A stretch of 64,000 bases of DNA from Desulfovibrio psychrotolerans (lineage in GTDB: Bacteria; Desulfobacterota; Desulfovibrionia; Desulfovibrionales; Desulfovibrionaceae), in NCBI RefSeq assembly GCF_013340305.1, contig NZ_BLVP01000008.1:753719-817718 (forward strand), in the 5' to 3' direction. The position numbers and the translations under genes were made by a program. Of the stretch, positions 9,325 through 19,559 are shown piece by piece. The notes under the pieces are model-generated. The model had not been told where the DNA came from, searched no databases, and worked only from the letters and a program-made list of their open reading frames with translations. Position 1 is the first letter of the stretch; the number at the start of each line of letters is the position of its first letter.

Positions 9325-10437
9325 ATGACAAACGATCTGTCCTTGCGGTCATTGACCAAACGGTTTGGGGATTTCATCGCGGTAAACGATATTTCACTGG
9401 ATGTGCCCACGGGTTCATTCTTCTCCATTCTCGGCCCTTCCGGCTGCGGCAAGACCACTCTGCTGCGCATGGTGGCCGGGTTTGAGGAGCCGACAAGCGG
9501 AACCATAGCCATACGCGGCAAAGATATGGCCGGCGTTCTGCCTAACAGAAGGCCGGTGAATCTGGTCTTTCAGCATCTGGCCCTTTTCCCCATGATGAGC
9601 GTGGCGGAGAACATTGCCTTTGGGCTTAAACGCCGGGGTGTGGGCAATGACGAGGCCCGCAGGCGTACCGAGGCCATGCTGGAGCGCGTGGGCCTGCCCG
9701 GTTACGCCGATAAGCGCGTGACCCAGCTTTCCGGCGGCCAGAAACAGCGCGTGGCCATTGCCCGGTGTCTGGTGCTGGAACCTTCCGTTCTGCTGCTGGA
9801 TGAGCCGCTGGGGGCACTGGACCTGAAGCTGCGTGAGCAGATGAAGGTGGAGTTGAAGAAGTTGCAGGCCAAGGTGGGCACCACTTTTATCTACATCACC
9901 CACGACCAGTCGGAGGCATTGGTCATGTCTGACCGGGTGGCCGTGATGAATCTTGGTGCGTTTGAACAGGTAGGCACTCCTCAGGAACTGTACGGCCAGC
10001 CCGCCACCCCCTTTGTTGCCCGGTTTGTGGGTGATAATAATACGTGGGCAGGCACGGTGGAAGACGTGAAGGAAGGTCTGGTGGTGCTCCGCACCGATGA
10101 GGGGTATGTGTTCCGTGCCCGCGGCATGGCGGGCTGCCCCGCAGGAACGCGGGTGAACCTGTTCCTGCGGCCGGAGGCCATGCGCATAGAACCGCGTGAA
10201 ACGGCGGGACTGAACCTCTTTACCGTGACCTTGCGGGCCGTTCTTTTTGACGGTGCAAACAGCCGGCTGCTTACCGTGACCGAACAGGGGCATGAGCTGC
10301 TGGTGCGGTTGCCCCAGAACCGGACCTTTGACGGGCTTGAGTCCGGCAGGCAGTTCACCGTGGGCTGGTATCCCGAATCGGGCATATGTTTTGCGGCGGA
10401 TGGTGATGCTTCCTGCACGGACGGAGGCGACGCATGA
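9325..10437 (+). CDS. potA: Spermidine/putrescine ABC transporter ATP-binding protein
   Basis: Walker A (GPSGCGKTT). ABC signature (LSGGQKQRVAIAR). Walker B (LLLDEPL). C-terminal TOBE-like regulatory domain. 370 aa. Confidence 0.85.
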   Translation: MTNDLSLRSLTKRFGDFIAVNDISLDVPTGSFFSILGPSGCGKTTLLRMVAGFEEPTSGTIAIRGKDMAGVLPNRRPVNLVFQHLALFPMMSVAENIAFGLKRRGVGNDEARRRTEAMLERVGLPGYADKRVTQLSGGQKQRVAIARCLVLEPSVLLLDEPLGALDLKLREQMKVELKKLQAKVGTTFIYITHDQSEALVMSDRVAVMNLGAFEQVGTPQELYGQPATPFVARFVGDNNTWAGTVEDVKEGLVVLRTDEGYVFRARGMAGCPAGTRVNLFLRPEAMRIEPRETAGLNLFTVTLRAVLFDGANSRLLTVTEQGHELLVRLPQNRTFDGLESGRQFTVGWYPESGICFAADGDASCTDGGDA

Positions 10438-11300
10438 CGGCAACGGGCATGAAGCAGTCCCGGCTTGCGTTCTGGATATTCCTTGCCCCCGTGCTCGGGT
10501 GGCTGCTGCTGCTTATCGTGCTGCCCCATCTGGACATGCTGTACATGAGTTTTCGCAGCGGCAATTTTTCCGACCCGGGCTGGACGCTGGCCAACTACCG
10601 TACCTTTTTTGAGGAGCCCATCTACTGGCTTACCTTTGTGCGTACAGCCACCTATGCGGTGGTGACCACCCTGTTCACGCTTGTCATCGGGCTGCCTGTG
10701 GCGTTCTACATCGCCAAGGTGGTGCGTCCGCGCCTTTCCGGCGCGCTTATGGTGCTGTTGCTGCTGCCTTTCTGGGTCAGCGAACTGGTGCGCGTGTACG
10801 GATGGATGATTCTGCTGCGCGAATCCGGCGTCATCAACTACTTTCTGCTGAAAGCGGGCATCATAGATACGCCCATTGAAATGCTTTACAACGACGCCAC
10901 CATGATCATGGGGCTTGTCTACACATCCATGCTGTTCATGGTAGTGCCCCTTGTCTCGGTTATGGAGAGTCTGGACGACAGCCTTGTGGAGGCGGCTTAT
11001 GACCTTGGCGCGGGCAAGCTGTGCATATGGCGCACCATTATCATTCCGCACGCCAAACCGGGCATAACCTCCGGCTGCATTGTGGTGTTCATGCTCTCGC
11101 TGGGTAACTACCTCACCCCAAACCTCATGGGTGGCAAGAACTCCCTGTGGTTTACGGAGCAGATATACAATCAGTTCATCGCCAGCTTTAACTGGAATCA
11201 GGGGTCCGCTTTCGGCTTCCTGCTGCTTGCCCTGAGTTCGGGCATTGTCTGGGCGGGGCTTAAGCTGACACGCCAAAAGCTGGGAGAGGTGGCGTCATGA
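10434..11300 (+). CDS. potB: Spermidine/putrescine ABC transporter permease
   Basis: 288 aa, 6 TM. EAA-like loop (EAAYDLGAGKLCIWRTIIIPHAKPG). Start overlaps the potA stop (ATGA). Confidence 0.8.
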   Translation: MTATGMKQSRLAFWIFLAPVLGWLLLLIVLPHLDMLYMSFRSGNFSDPGWTLANYRTFFEEPIYWLTFVRTATYAVVTTLFTLVIGLPVAFYIAKVVRPRLSGALMVLLLLPFWVSELVRVYGWMILLRESGVINYFLLKAGIIDTPIEMLYNDATMIMGLVYTSMLFMVVPLVSVMESLDDSLVEAAYDLGAGKLCIWRTIIIPHAKPGITSGCIVVFMLSLGNYLTPNLMGGKNSLWFTEQIYNQFIASFNWNQGSAFGFLLLALSSGIVWAGLKLTRQKLGEVAS

Positions 11301-12151
11301 TCCGGTCGCTGAATAACGGAAAGGGCTATCTGTGGTCGTTCCACACCTTTGTCATTCTGTATCTCGTGTTTCTGTTCGCGCCGCTGGTGGTCACCTGTGT
11401 TCTGGCATTCAACGATTCCAACTTTCCCTCGCTGCCGTGGTACGGGTTCAGTCTGGACTGGTTCCTTTCTCCCGGACCGGAGCGTATAGGGGTGTTCCAT
11501 GACAGCCAGAACCTGCGGGCCATGGTCACCAGCGTGCAGACAGCCTTCTGGGTTTCTGTGTTCAGCGTGCTGGTGGGCACCTGCGCCAGTTTCCTGTTTG
11601 AGCAGGAGGAGTTCCCGTTCAAGAGCTTGCTGTACATGCTCATGCTGGTGCCGTTGGTTATTCCCGGGGTTATTCTGGGCATTTCACAGCTTCTGGCTGC
11701 CAACACAATGGGCTTTGCGCTGGAAGATATGTTCGGCTGGGATGTGGGCTGGCTGAGGCCCAGCTTCTGGCTGGTGGTGCTCGGGCAGTTTTCCTTCATC
11801 ACTACCTTTGTCACGCTGGTGGTTTCCGCCCGGTTGCGCAAGTTTGACAGAACCTTGGAAGAAGCGGCCCTGAATCTGGGAGCCAACAGGTTTGAGGTGA
11901 TACGGTACATCACCTTGCCGTTCCTGCGTTCCGCCATTATCGGAGCAGGGGCGGTTGCCTTTCTGATGAGCTTTGAGAACTTTAACACCACCTTGTTTCT
12001 GGTGGGGTCGCAACCCACGTTGCCCATAAACCTGTATCTGCAGGTGCGGGACGGCAGCACGCCTGTTATAAACGCCATTTCGTTTTTGCTGATCGTGGGT
12101 ACCTCGGTTCTGGTACTCTTTAATCTCTATGTAAGCCGCAAGGCGGAGTAG
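11297..12151 (+). CDS. potC: Spermidine/putrescine ABC transporter permease
   Basis: 284 aa, 6 TM. EAA loop (EEAALNLGANRFEVIRYITLPFLRSAI). Start overlaps the potB stop. Confidence 0.8.
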   Translation: MIRSLNNGKGYLWSFHTFVILYLVFLFAPLVVTCVLAFNDSNFPSLPWYGFSLDWFLSPGPERIGVFHDSQNLRAMVTSVQTAFWVSVFSVLVGTCASFLFEQEEFPFKSLLYMLMLVPLVIPGVILGISQLLAANTMGFALEDMFGWDVGWLRPSFWLVVLGQFSFITTFVTLVVSARLRKFDRTLEEAALNLGANRFEVIRYITLPFLRSAIIGAGAVAFLMSFENFNTTLFLVGSQPTLPINLYLQVRDGSTPVINAISFLLIVGTSVLVLFNLYVSRKAE

Positions 12152-12355
12152 TTTCCGGCCAGATACGGCAGTCGGGCGTGCGAAATGTTCCGTCCGGCTT
12201 CCGGCGGGGCGAATAAACTGCAGAATAGCTGAACATTTTGTGCCAGATCAGTGAGTTGTCTTTTCAGTAACCCATGAGTGTACTGCGCATTCCGCAAGGG
12301 CGGGGTGCGCAGCATTGTACTTGGGGTCCGGGAACAGCTCTATGCGGTTGGCCGG

Positions 12356-14338
12356 TCAGAGGGCCTGTTCCATGTTCTGGAGCCTGCCCGCCATGGCGGC
12401 TGCATGGTTTACAGGCAGCCGGATGTGGAAGGCCGTGCCCTGTCCGGGGGCAGTTTCTATGAACATTTCCCCGTTATGATTGCGGCTGATGATAAGGAAG
12501 GAAACCGGCAGACCGAGACCGGTGCCTTCTCCGGGAGGCTTGGTGGTGAAAAACGGTTCAAAGGCCCTGCGTCGGGTTTCGTTGTCCATGCCGGGGCCGT
12601 TGTCCTTTACGATAATGATGGCCCATTCGCCTTCCTGCCGCAGGCGAATGGTTATCCTGCCAATGTCGTTGCGGTCCGGCTGCTTGGCAATGGCCTGTGC
12701 GGCGTTGCGGACGAGGTTAAACAATACCTGCACTATCTCTGTTGCGGAACATTCCACAGGAGACAGGTCGGGGGCGTAGTCGCGGATGATTTCTACCTTG
12801 CGGAAATCATAGTTCTGCTTCAGGTCGTAATCTGAGCGGGTAAGGTTTATGGCCCGTTCCGCAAGGGTCGGCAGGGCGTGCGGTGCAAAGGCGGTTTCGC
12901 TTTTGCGGCTGAAGCTGAGCATGCTGGTTACAATGTCCGCCGCCCGTTGTCCGCATTCCTGAATGCCTTCCAGCATTCTGTCTATCTTGCGAAGGCGCAG
13001 GTAAGCATGGATGTTGTCCAGCGCGCACCCCGCGCTTGCGGCGGACTGGTGGTTTGCTTCCATGTCGGGCGAAAGGCGGCGGTAGATGTTCTGCACGCCT
13101 TGCAGAATCCCGCCGAGGGGGTTGTTTATTTCGTGCGCCACACCCGCCACAAGCCCGCCCACGGAGTGCATCTTTTCCGATTGCACAAGCAGTTCGGCCG
13201 TACGCTTCCGCTCCGTCACATCGTTCAGAATAACCAGCATTTCGCTGCCTATGGGTTTGATGCGGAACTCCACATCACGCTTTTTGCCGTCCTTGGTGGC
13301 AAGCAGAAAGTCGCAGGGAGGTGCGCTGGCTGAGTTGCTGTCCATGGCATGCCAGAGGCGGCGTGCAAGGCAGCGGTCTTCTTCCTTGGGATGCGTGTGT
13401 TGCCACAGTGCGTCCGTGTTGGGAATGTCCTCGCGGGTGTACCCCAGCATGCGGGTGCATTCCTCGTTTACAAAGAGCACAGTGCCATCGCGCGAGGCAA
13501 GGACCATTCCGAAAGGCGAGCTGTCCACAAGGCTGCGGAAGCGTTCGTGGCTTTGTGTCAGTTCCGATTCCAGCAGTTTCTGCCGGGTCACATCGCGTGC
13601 TGCGGCGTATATGAGGTTGCCGTTAGGTCGCGAGTGCCAGTCGATAATGCGGTATGAACCGTCATGGCACCGGTAGCGGTTTACGAACTGACATACATCC
13701 TCCTGCCGCTCCAGCCGCGCAAGGATGTCGATGGTTGCTTGCAGGTCTTCAGGATGCACAAAGTCCAGAAAGCTCATCTGCTGAATTTCATGCACCGGGT
13801 AGCCGAGTATGGTTTCCCACGCCTTGTTCACCTTGAGAAAACGGCCGGATGTGTCTGCAATGCACAGCAGGTCCAGGTTAACTGAAAAGAAATTCTCAAG
13901 TTCCGCCGTTTTTTCCACCTCGGTGGTTATATCCACAAAGATGACGGCGAAATGATGCTTTTCTGGAGAAAATACCTGCCCTTTATACCAGCGCTTCAAC
14001 TGCTCGGAATACATTTCGAATTCTTTGACTCCGCCATGCAAAGCCACCTCGCCGTGAAAGGCAATCCAATCCACTGTACCTGTGGCAATGCCGGGAATGA
14101 CCTCTGTAACAGGGCGGCCGATGGTGTTTATGGCGGTCAGTCCTGTAAGGTTTTCGAAGGCGGGGTTTATTTCAAGGAAGATGTAATCGGCAGGCTTTCC
14201 CGCTTCGTCGGTAATAAGCCTGTGGTAGGCATAGCCGAAGGGAGAGTGCTGCAAGAGAAGTCTGTAGTCCGTGTTCTTCATGGTGCGGTGTGCGTCTCCT
14301 GCCTTTTCGGGCTGGCAATGGGCCGTTTTCCACTGCAC
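12356..14338 (-). CDS. Multi-PAS sensor histidine kinase (cytoplasmic; no TM segment evident)
   Basis: 660 aa. Several PAS/PAC segments. HisKA H-box (SVGGLVAGVAHEINNPL). HATPase_c (DNGPGMD...GTGLGL). Alternative start MKNTD at 14281. Confidence 0.8.
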   Translation of the reverse strand: MQWKTAHCQPEKAGDAHRTMKNTDYRLLLQHSPFGYAYHRLITDEAGKPADYIFLEINPAFENLTGLTAINTIGRPVTEVIPGIATGTVDWIAFHGEVALHGGVKEFEMYSEQLKRWYKGQVFSPEKHHFAVIFVDITTEVEKTAELENFFSVNLDLLCIADTSGRFLKVNKAWETILGYPVHEIQQMSFLDFVHPEDLQATIDILARLERQEDVCQFVNRYRCHDGSYRIIDWHSRPNGNLIYAAARDVTRQKLLESELTQSHERFRSLVDSSPFGMVLASRDGTVLFVNEECTRMLGYTREDIPNTDALWQHTHPKEEDRCLARRLWHAMDSNSASAPPCDFLLATKDGKKRDVEFRIKPIGSEMLVILNDVTERKRTAELLVQSEKMHSVGGLVAGVAHEINNPLGGILQGVQNIYRRLSPDMEANHQSAASAGCALDNIHAYLRLRKIDRMLEGIQECGQRAADIVTSMLSFSRKSETAFAPHALPTLAERAINLTRSDYDLKQNYDFRKVEIIRDYAPDLSPVECSATEIVQVLFNLVRNAAQAIAKQPDRNDIGRITIRLRQEGEWAIIIVKDNGPGMDNETRRRAFEPFFTTKPPGEGTGLGLPVSFLIISRNHNGEMFIETAPGQGTAFHIRLPVNHAAAMAGRLQNMEQAL

Positions 14339-14567
14339 TTTGCAGACGGCGAAGAATAACGGCTTATCCGGTTATCCCGGGTTGCTGCAAATATCTTTGG
14401 TGCAGGCCTTCCCGGAAAGGTTGCAAAAGTTATGTGAGCACGTGCTTACAGTGGAGGCAGCCTTTCTGCGGAACGCATTGGAGGGCTGCCTTTCGCGGAA
14501 ACAGAGTGCAAGACTGTGAGCAGATTATACCAATACGCGGAGGTTGGAAACGAATAATTGCATATGC

Positions 14568-14582
14568 TGGCACAGTATGCAG
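14568..14582 (+). promoter_or_regulatory. Candidate sigma-54 (-24/-12) promoter element, TGGCAC-N5-TGC
   Basis: CTGGCACAGTATGCAG has GG and GC separated by exactly 10 nt. Lies about 350 bp upstream of the RND operon start. No cognate enhancer-binding protein is visible nearby. Confidence 0.25.
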
Positions 14583-14934
14583 ATATGGAGCGTGCTGGCA
14601 GGCTGCTCAGATGTACACTATCGGTGGGTCGCGCAAAAACTGAATGGTGCAACGGGCATAAAATATTCATTTTTTGCATGGAGAAAGGTATGGCCCTCAG
14701 TATGAATGTTTGCCAGCGGCGCGCCTGATTGCGTTGTCTCCATGTCAGGCGGTGCCTCTGCAGTTGCACTGGCGGAAATGGACGCGCGGTGCGCATTCTC
14801 TCTTGGTCCGGCACACACCGGCGTGTATTTGGGTCCGTGAATAGAAAAGGTATTTCTGAATCTGAAAAATTACTGTAATGGATAGGATATAAGCGGAACT
14901 GTTACGGCATTTCGTCTTTTCATGAGGGGGAAGC

Positions 14935-16272
14935 ATGAAATCTTCGCGGCCTTTGGTGTATCTGGCGGTGGCGGCGGCTGTTCTCGCCCTTGGCATGCTG
15001 GTGGTCGGGTCGGGTGAGAAAAAGAGTGCGGCTCCGCCTCCCGAGCATCCTCCCCTTGCCGTATCCGCCCTGCCCGTACAGCGCGAAACATTGCGCCACT
15101 GGGTGTATGGAGAAGGCAAGGCCTACGCCATACGCCGCGAGTACCTCTTTTTTGAGAAAGCCGGAAAGGTTGTGTATCTGGGCACGGACAGGGAAGGGCT
15201 CCCCCTGCGGGAGGGCAGCATTGTTTCCGGTCCGGGCGAAGGGGAGATGCTGGGGCAGCTGCTTGCCCGCATAGACACGCGAGATGATCTGGAAACCTAC
15301 ACCTCGCAGGAAGCCTACCAGAGGAAATCTGCCGAAGGCATAAGCTCTGCACAGGCTGATATTGCGCAGGCGCAGACCGACCTGCAACTTGCCCGGCTTG
15401 ATCTGGAACGGTCGCGCGCGCTCCTCAAGCAGGATGCCATTGCCGCGCAGGAACTGGAATCTAAGCAGGCGGTGTTTGAAAACGCCCGCGCCAAACTGCG
15501 CAGCGCAGAGGCGCGCCTGCGTACCGCACAGGCGGAATACGCCGCCACAACAGCCGACCTGCGCAAGGCCAAGCTGGGGTTGGAGCGGACAGGCCTGTTC
15601 GCGCCGTTTACCGGTATGGTGGCCTATCTGAACATCCGGCTGGGCGACTCCGTGGCACCGGAGGCAGTGGACCGCAGCAGTGCAGAGCGCATGAGTAAAA
15701 CCACGCCCGTGGTGCTTATAGACCCCTCGCAGTATGAAGTGGTGGTGGATCTGCCGCCCTTTGCCGCCCACGGTGTGCAGGAAGGGCAGCAGGCGTATTT
15801 CTTCTTCGGGCAGACCATGCTTTCGCCCGAACGCCTGCTGCATATTCCCCCGGAGCAAAGGCCGCCATACGCCACGGGCATAGTGTATTCCATTACCCCT
15901 TCCATTTCTGAAGACAGCCGTACCGTGCAGGTTAAACTGCATACCGTGGAGGGCGCGGAACACCTTAAGGACGGCATGCTGGTGACGGCGTGGATAGCCG
16001 ATGAGCAGCGCGACAATGCGCTGGTCATCTCCATGGAGTCACTGGTGTTTTCCGATGGCCGGCCTTCGGTGTTCGTCTTTGAACCGGAACCCGGTTCCGC
16101 GTCTTCCACCACGGGAAAAGCCGCGCAGCGGCAGATGCGTATGGGCATAAGCGGCATCTCCAATGTGGAAGTGCTGGAAGGAGTGCGGGAAGGTGAGCTT
16201 GTCATTACCGAAGGCAGACACCTGCTGGTGAACGGCACTGCCGTTCAGGTGGTGCCGGTGGAGGGGAGGTAG
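14935..16272 (+). CDS. Efflux RND transporter periplasmic adaptor subunit (membrane fusion protein, HlyD family)
   Basis: 445 aa. N-terminal TM/signal. Long coiled-coil (AQADIAQAQTDLQLARLDLERSRALLKQDAIAAQELE...AEARLRTAQAEY). Beta-barrel C-terminus. GGGGA RBS. Directly upstream of the RND permease. Confidence 0.85.
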   Translation: MKSSRPLVYLAVAAAVLALGMLVVGSGEKKSAAPPPEHPPLAVSALPVQRETLRHWVYGEGKAYAIRREYLFFEKAGKVVYLGTDREGLPLREGSIVSGPGEGEMLGQLLARIDTRDDLETYTSQEAYQRKSAEGISSAQADIAQAQTDLQLARLDLERSRALLKQDAIAAQELESKQAVFENARAKLRSAEARLRTAQAEYAATTADLRKAKLGLERTGLFAPFTGMVAYLNIRLGDSVAPEAVDRSSAERMSKTTPVVLIDPSQYEVVVDLPPFAAHGVQEGQQAYFFFGQTMLSPERLLHIPPEQRPPYATGIVYSITPSISEDSRTVQVKLHTVEGAEHLKDGMLVTAWIADEQRDNALVISMESLVFSDGRPSVFVFEPEPGSASSTTGKAAQRQMRMGISGISNVEVLEGVREGELVITEGRHLLVNGTAVQVVPVEGR

Positions 16273-16274
16273 CC

Positions 16275-19200
16275 ATGCCGCACGAAGATGGTCCGGGCAG
16301 ACAGGATGAAGGCGGGCAGAAGATTGCTCCTGATACGGCAGAAACGGGTGCGCCTGCGCGCGATGCGGCGGACGGTCCTTACGGGGTGGCCTTTTCGTTT
16401 TTCGTGCTGCGGCCCATTTTCAGTATACTGCTGACTATTTCGCTGGTTCTGGGGGGCATTCTCGGCTATTCGGGCATGGTCAAGGAATCCAATCCGGACC
16501 TCGCCATTCCGCAGGCCATGGTTTCCACCCAGTGGGCCGGTGCGCCGCCGGATATCATAGAAAAAGAAATTACCAACAAAATCGAAAAGAAGCTGAAGTC
16601 CCTCAAGGGCGTTAAGCGTATTCTCAGCGGTTCGCGGGAGTCTTTCTCCTCCATTGCCGTGGAGTTTGAGGCGCAAGCGGATCTCGGCGAATCCATGCAG
16701 TTGCTCCGCGCCGCTGTTTCCGAGGCGGCAGGCGACCTGCCTGCGGAAGCGGAACAGCCGCTGGTGACGGAGATGTCCGTGAACGATTCGCCCATTATCA
16801 CCTTCATGCTGTACGGCGATGCATCGCCCGCCGTCATCGGGCGCATGGCCGTCTCTTTGCAGAAAAAGTTCGAGCGGATATCCGGCGTGCGTGAAGTGAC
16901 GCTGGCTGGGGAGCGGGAAGAGATTGTCCGCATCCAGCTCATGCCGGAACGCTTGCAGGCATTGGGCATATCCTCCTCGCAGGTCAAGCGGCAGTTGCAG
17001 ACCTTCGGCACGGACATGCCCCTAGGCCGCGTGGAACAGGAAGGCGTGCTTTCTTATTCCATCAAGTTTACAGGCCGGTATGAACGCCTGCCCGATGTGG
17101 AAAATCTGCCCATTGTGCGTATAGCAGGCGGGCGCGTGGTGCGCCTGTATGAGGTGGCCCGTGTTTCTCGTGACCTTGCGCAGGAAACCACCCGCACCTT
17201 CATGAGCTGGAAGGGGGGTGAATACCGCAACGGGGTGGCCATATCACTTCTGAAGAGTTCGGGCAGAGATACGTTGGAACTCATCGCCGTTGCCAAAACG
17301 GTCATGGAGCAGGCCGTGCACGCCCCCGGATGGCCGCCCACGCTGACCTACGCCATAACCTCGGACCAGTCCGAGAACATCAACGAAAAGCTTTCCACGG
17401 CACTGAACAACGGCTGGCAGTCCATGCTGTGCGTTACCGTTATTCTGCTGTTCATGCTCACATGGCGCGAGGCACTCATCGCGGGATTATCGCTGCCCGT
17501 TACCTTTCTGGGCACCGTCGCTTTGCTGGCAGCCTTCGGCAATACCATGAACCAGTTGGTCATTGTGGGCATGGTGCTTGCGCTGGGCATGATGGTGGAC
17601 GTTTTTATTCTTGTGATGGAGGGCATGCACGAGGGCATATTCACCAAGGGGCGCAGTTTTGCCGCCGCAGCGTGGCAGACGGTGCGCACCTTTGCCATGC
17701 CCGCTTTTGCTGGGCAGCTTACCACCATTCTTTCGCTTGCGCCCCTGTTTGCCATTGGCGGAACAGACGGCAAGTTCATCCGCATTATTCCGCTGACCAC
17801 CATTGTGTGCCTTGGCCTCAGTTTCTGCATCGCGTTCGCGTGCAGTGTCCCGCTTTCCCGCTACTTGCTCAAATCCCGCGGCACGCCCTCCGGCACCGCC
17901 ATAGACGCTCTGACAGACCGCGTGACGGGCAGGCTGCGGGGCTGGATGCACCGCAACGTACTATGCAGCCGCAAGGTGGCTCTGTTCTGGACCGTGAACG
18001 CCGTGCTGCTGTTCATGCTCAGCCTGCGCATGGCCGGAACGCTGCCTTCGGAAATGTATCCCAAGAGTGACGGACGCGATCTGGGCATTCTTATAGAGAT
18101 GGCACCGGGAACGGAACTGGATGAGGCGCAGAGGGTGGCGGACGCTGCGGGCGAGATGCTGCGCGGTTTTCCCCAGTTCGAAAGCGTGACCAAGTACGTG
18201 GGCAAAAAGAGTCCTTTCTCCACCGTTTCGCAGGAAGATTCACTCGGGGTGAGCCAGGCATCGCATCTCATCGGTTTTTCCGCCCGGTTCGTACCGGAGG
18301 AAGAGCGTGACAAGATGGCCTTTGAATACATGGACGAATTGCGCGCGGGGCTGGACACGTCTCTGGCAGCGTGGCCGGGAACCCGCCTGTACCTCACGCC
18401 GCAGACGGGCGGCTCTTCCAACGATGATCCGGTTCAGGTGGTCATAACGGGTGACGATGAAGCGGTGCTGCGCCGCCTTTCCCTAGAGGTGCAGTCCATG
18501 ATCGCCCAGATTCCCGGAACAACGGATATTCGCGATACCATCGGCCCTGCGGACCTTGCTGTGCGCGTGGCTCCCAACAGGGAGGCGCTGGACTTCCACG
18601 GACTCACCGAAAGCGAGGTGGTGTCGCAGATGCGGCTTGCGCTGGAAAACGATGTGGTGGGAAAGCTCAAGATGTCCGGTACGCAGGATGATCTGGACAT
18701 GCGCATGGGCAGCCTGTGGCCCAGCCGGGAAGGAGGCATGGGCGGCCCGAGGCGCATTGAGGAACTGTATTTTCTGCGTGTGAACGATGCCAGAGGAAAC
18801 TCCGTGCCGCTGGCATCGCTGGCGCAGATTACGCTGGCTCCCTCGCAGCAGGTCATTCCGCATCGCAACGGGTTCAGAACCGTAACGGTGAAGGCAAAAA
18901 CGGAAGGAGTGACCGCAGGGGACGTGCTGGGGCCTCTTTCCGCCAAGCTTGCGCAGGCCAGAGGCACGTGGCCGGAAGGGTACACCGTGTCCTTTGGCGG
19001 AGAGGCGGAGAGCAGCGGCGAGGTATACAGCGCCGTGCCTGCCGTGCTGTGCATGGCCCTGTTCATGGTGTTTGCGGTTATGGCACTGCTTTTCGGGTCG
19101 TTCCGCCAGCCGTTCATTATCATGTTCACAGTGCCCATGGCGCTTTCCGGCACGTTTACGGGCTTTTATTTCCTCGGTATCCCGCTGTCGTTTCCGGCGC

Positions 19201-19559
19201 TGATAGGCATCATCTCCCTTGCCGGTATTGTGGTAAATAACGCTATCGTCATGGTGGAAACCATGAACGAATATCGCAGAAACGGGTGCAGTGCGGTCGA
19301 TGCCGCAGCGCACGGTGCGGCTGACAGGCTGCGGCCCATTATAAGCACCAGCCTGACCACGGTGGTGGGCCTGCTGCCGCTTGCCATCGCAGACCCCACA
19401 TGGAAGCCGCTGTGCCTTGCCATCGTGTTCGGGCTTACGGCATCCACAGCCATGGCGTTGGTCATTATTCCGGCCCTGTATATACTGGTTTCCGGGGCAG
19501 GGGAGTCCGGGTACGAAGGCGCGGGCGTATGCACAAGGGAAGCGCCGCAGGAAGTGTAG
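16275..19559 (+). CDS. Efflux RND transporter permease subunit (AcrB/HAE family)
   Basis: 1094 aa. 12-TM topology with two large periplasmic loops. Conserved AcrB motifs (FAMPAFAGQLTT, GIVVNNAIVMVET). 3-bp gap after the adaptor gene. Confidence 0.9.
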   Translation: MPHEDGPGRQDEGGQKIAPDTAETGAPARDAADGPYGVAFSFFVLRPIFSILLTISLVLGGILGYSGMVKESNPDLAIPQAMVSTQWAGAPPDIIEKEITNKIEKKLKSLKGVKRILSGSRESFSSIAVEFEAQADLGESMQLLRAAVSEAAGDLPAEAEQPLVTEMSVNDSPIITFMLYGDASPAVIGRMAVSLQKKFERISGVREVTLAGEREEIVRIQLMPERLQALGISSSQVKRQLQTFGTDMPLGRVEQEGVLSYSIKFTGRYERLPDVENLPIVRIAGGRVVRLYEVARVSRDLAQETTRTFMSWKGGEYRNGVAISLLKSSGRDTLELIAVAKTVMEQAVHAPGWPPTLTYAITSDQSENINEKLSTALNNGWQSMLCVTVILLFMLTWREALIAGLSLPVTFLGTVALLAAFGNTMNQLVIVGMVLALGMMVDVFILVMEGMHEGIFTKGRSFAAAAWQTVRTFAMPAFAGQLTTILSLAPLFAIGGTDGKFIRIIPLTTIVCLGLSFCIAFACSVPLSRYLLKSRGTPSGTAIDALTDRVTGRLRGWMHRNVLCSRKVALFWTVNAVLLFMLSLRMAGTLPSEMYPKSDGRDLGILIEMAPGTELDEAQRVADAAGEMLRGFPQFESVTKYVGKKSPFSTVSQEDSLGVSQASHLIGFSARFVPEEERDKMAFEYMDELRAGLDTSLAAWPGTRLYLTPQTGGSSNDDPVQVVITGDDEAVLRRLSLEVQSMIAQIPGTTDIRDTIGPADLAVRVAPNREALDFHGLTESEVVSQMRLALENDVVGKLKMSGTQDDLDMRMGSLWPSREGGMGGPRRIEELYFLRVNDARGNSVPLASLAQITLAPSQQVIPHRNGFRTVTVKAKTEGVTAGDVLGPLSAKLAQARGTWPEGYTVSFGGEAESSGEVYSAVPAVLCMALFMVFAVMALLFGSFRQPFIIMFTVPMALSGTFTGFYFLGIPLSFPALIGIISLAGIVVNNAIVMVETMNEYRRNGCSAVDAAAHGAADRLRPIISTSLTTVVGLLPLAIADPTWKPLCLAIVFGLTASTAMALVIIPALYILVSGAGESGYEGAGVCTREAPQEV

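Noticed and set aside
9415-11276. Large minus-strand ORFs (342 aa and 431 aa) antisense to potA/potB
   Set aside because: These are low-complexity Gly/His/Gln/Arg-rich translations. The plus-strand genes have unambiguous ABC motifs. High-GC antisense frames..
12152-12355. Possible terminator in the convergent gap between potC and the sensor kinase
   Set aside because: Only a weak 7-bp imperfect stem (CTGCGCA/TGCGCAG) with a 19-nt loop and no T-tract. Not convincing as an intrinsic terminator.
14920-15963. 347-aa minus-strand ORF antisense to the RND adaptor gene
   Set aside because: No motifs, and a biased Arg/Gly/His composition. The plus frame encodes a bona fide HlyD-family protein.
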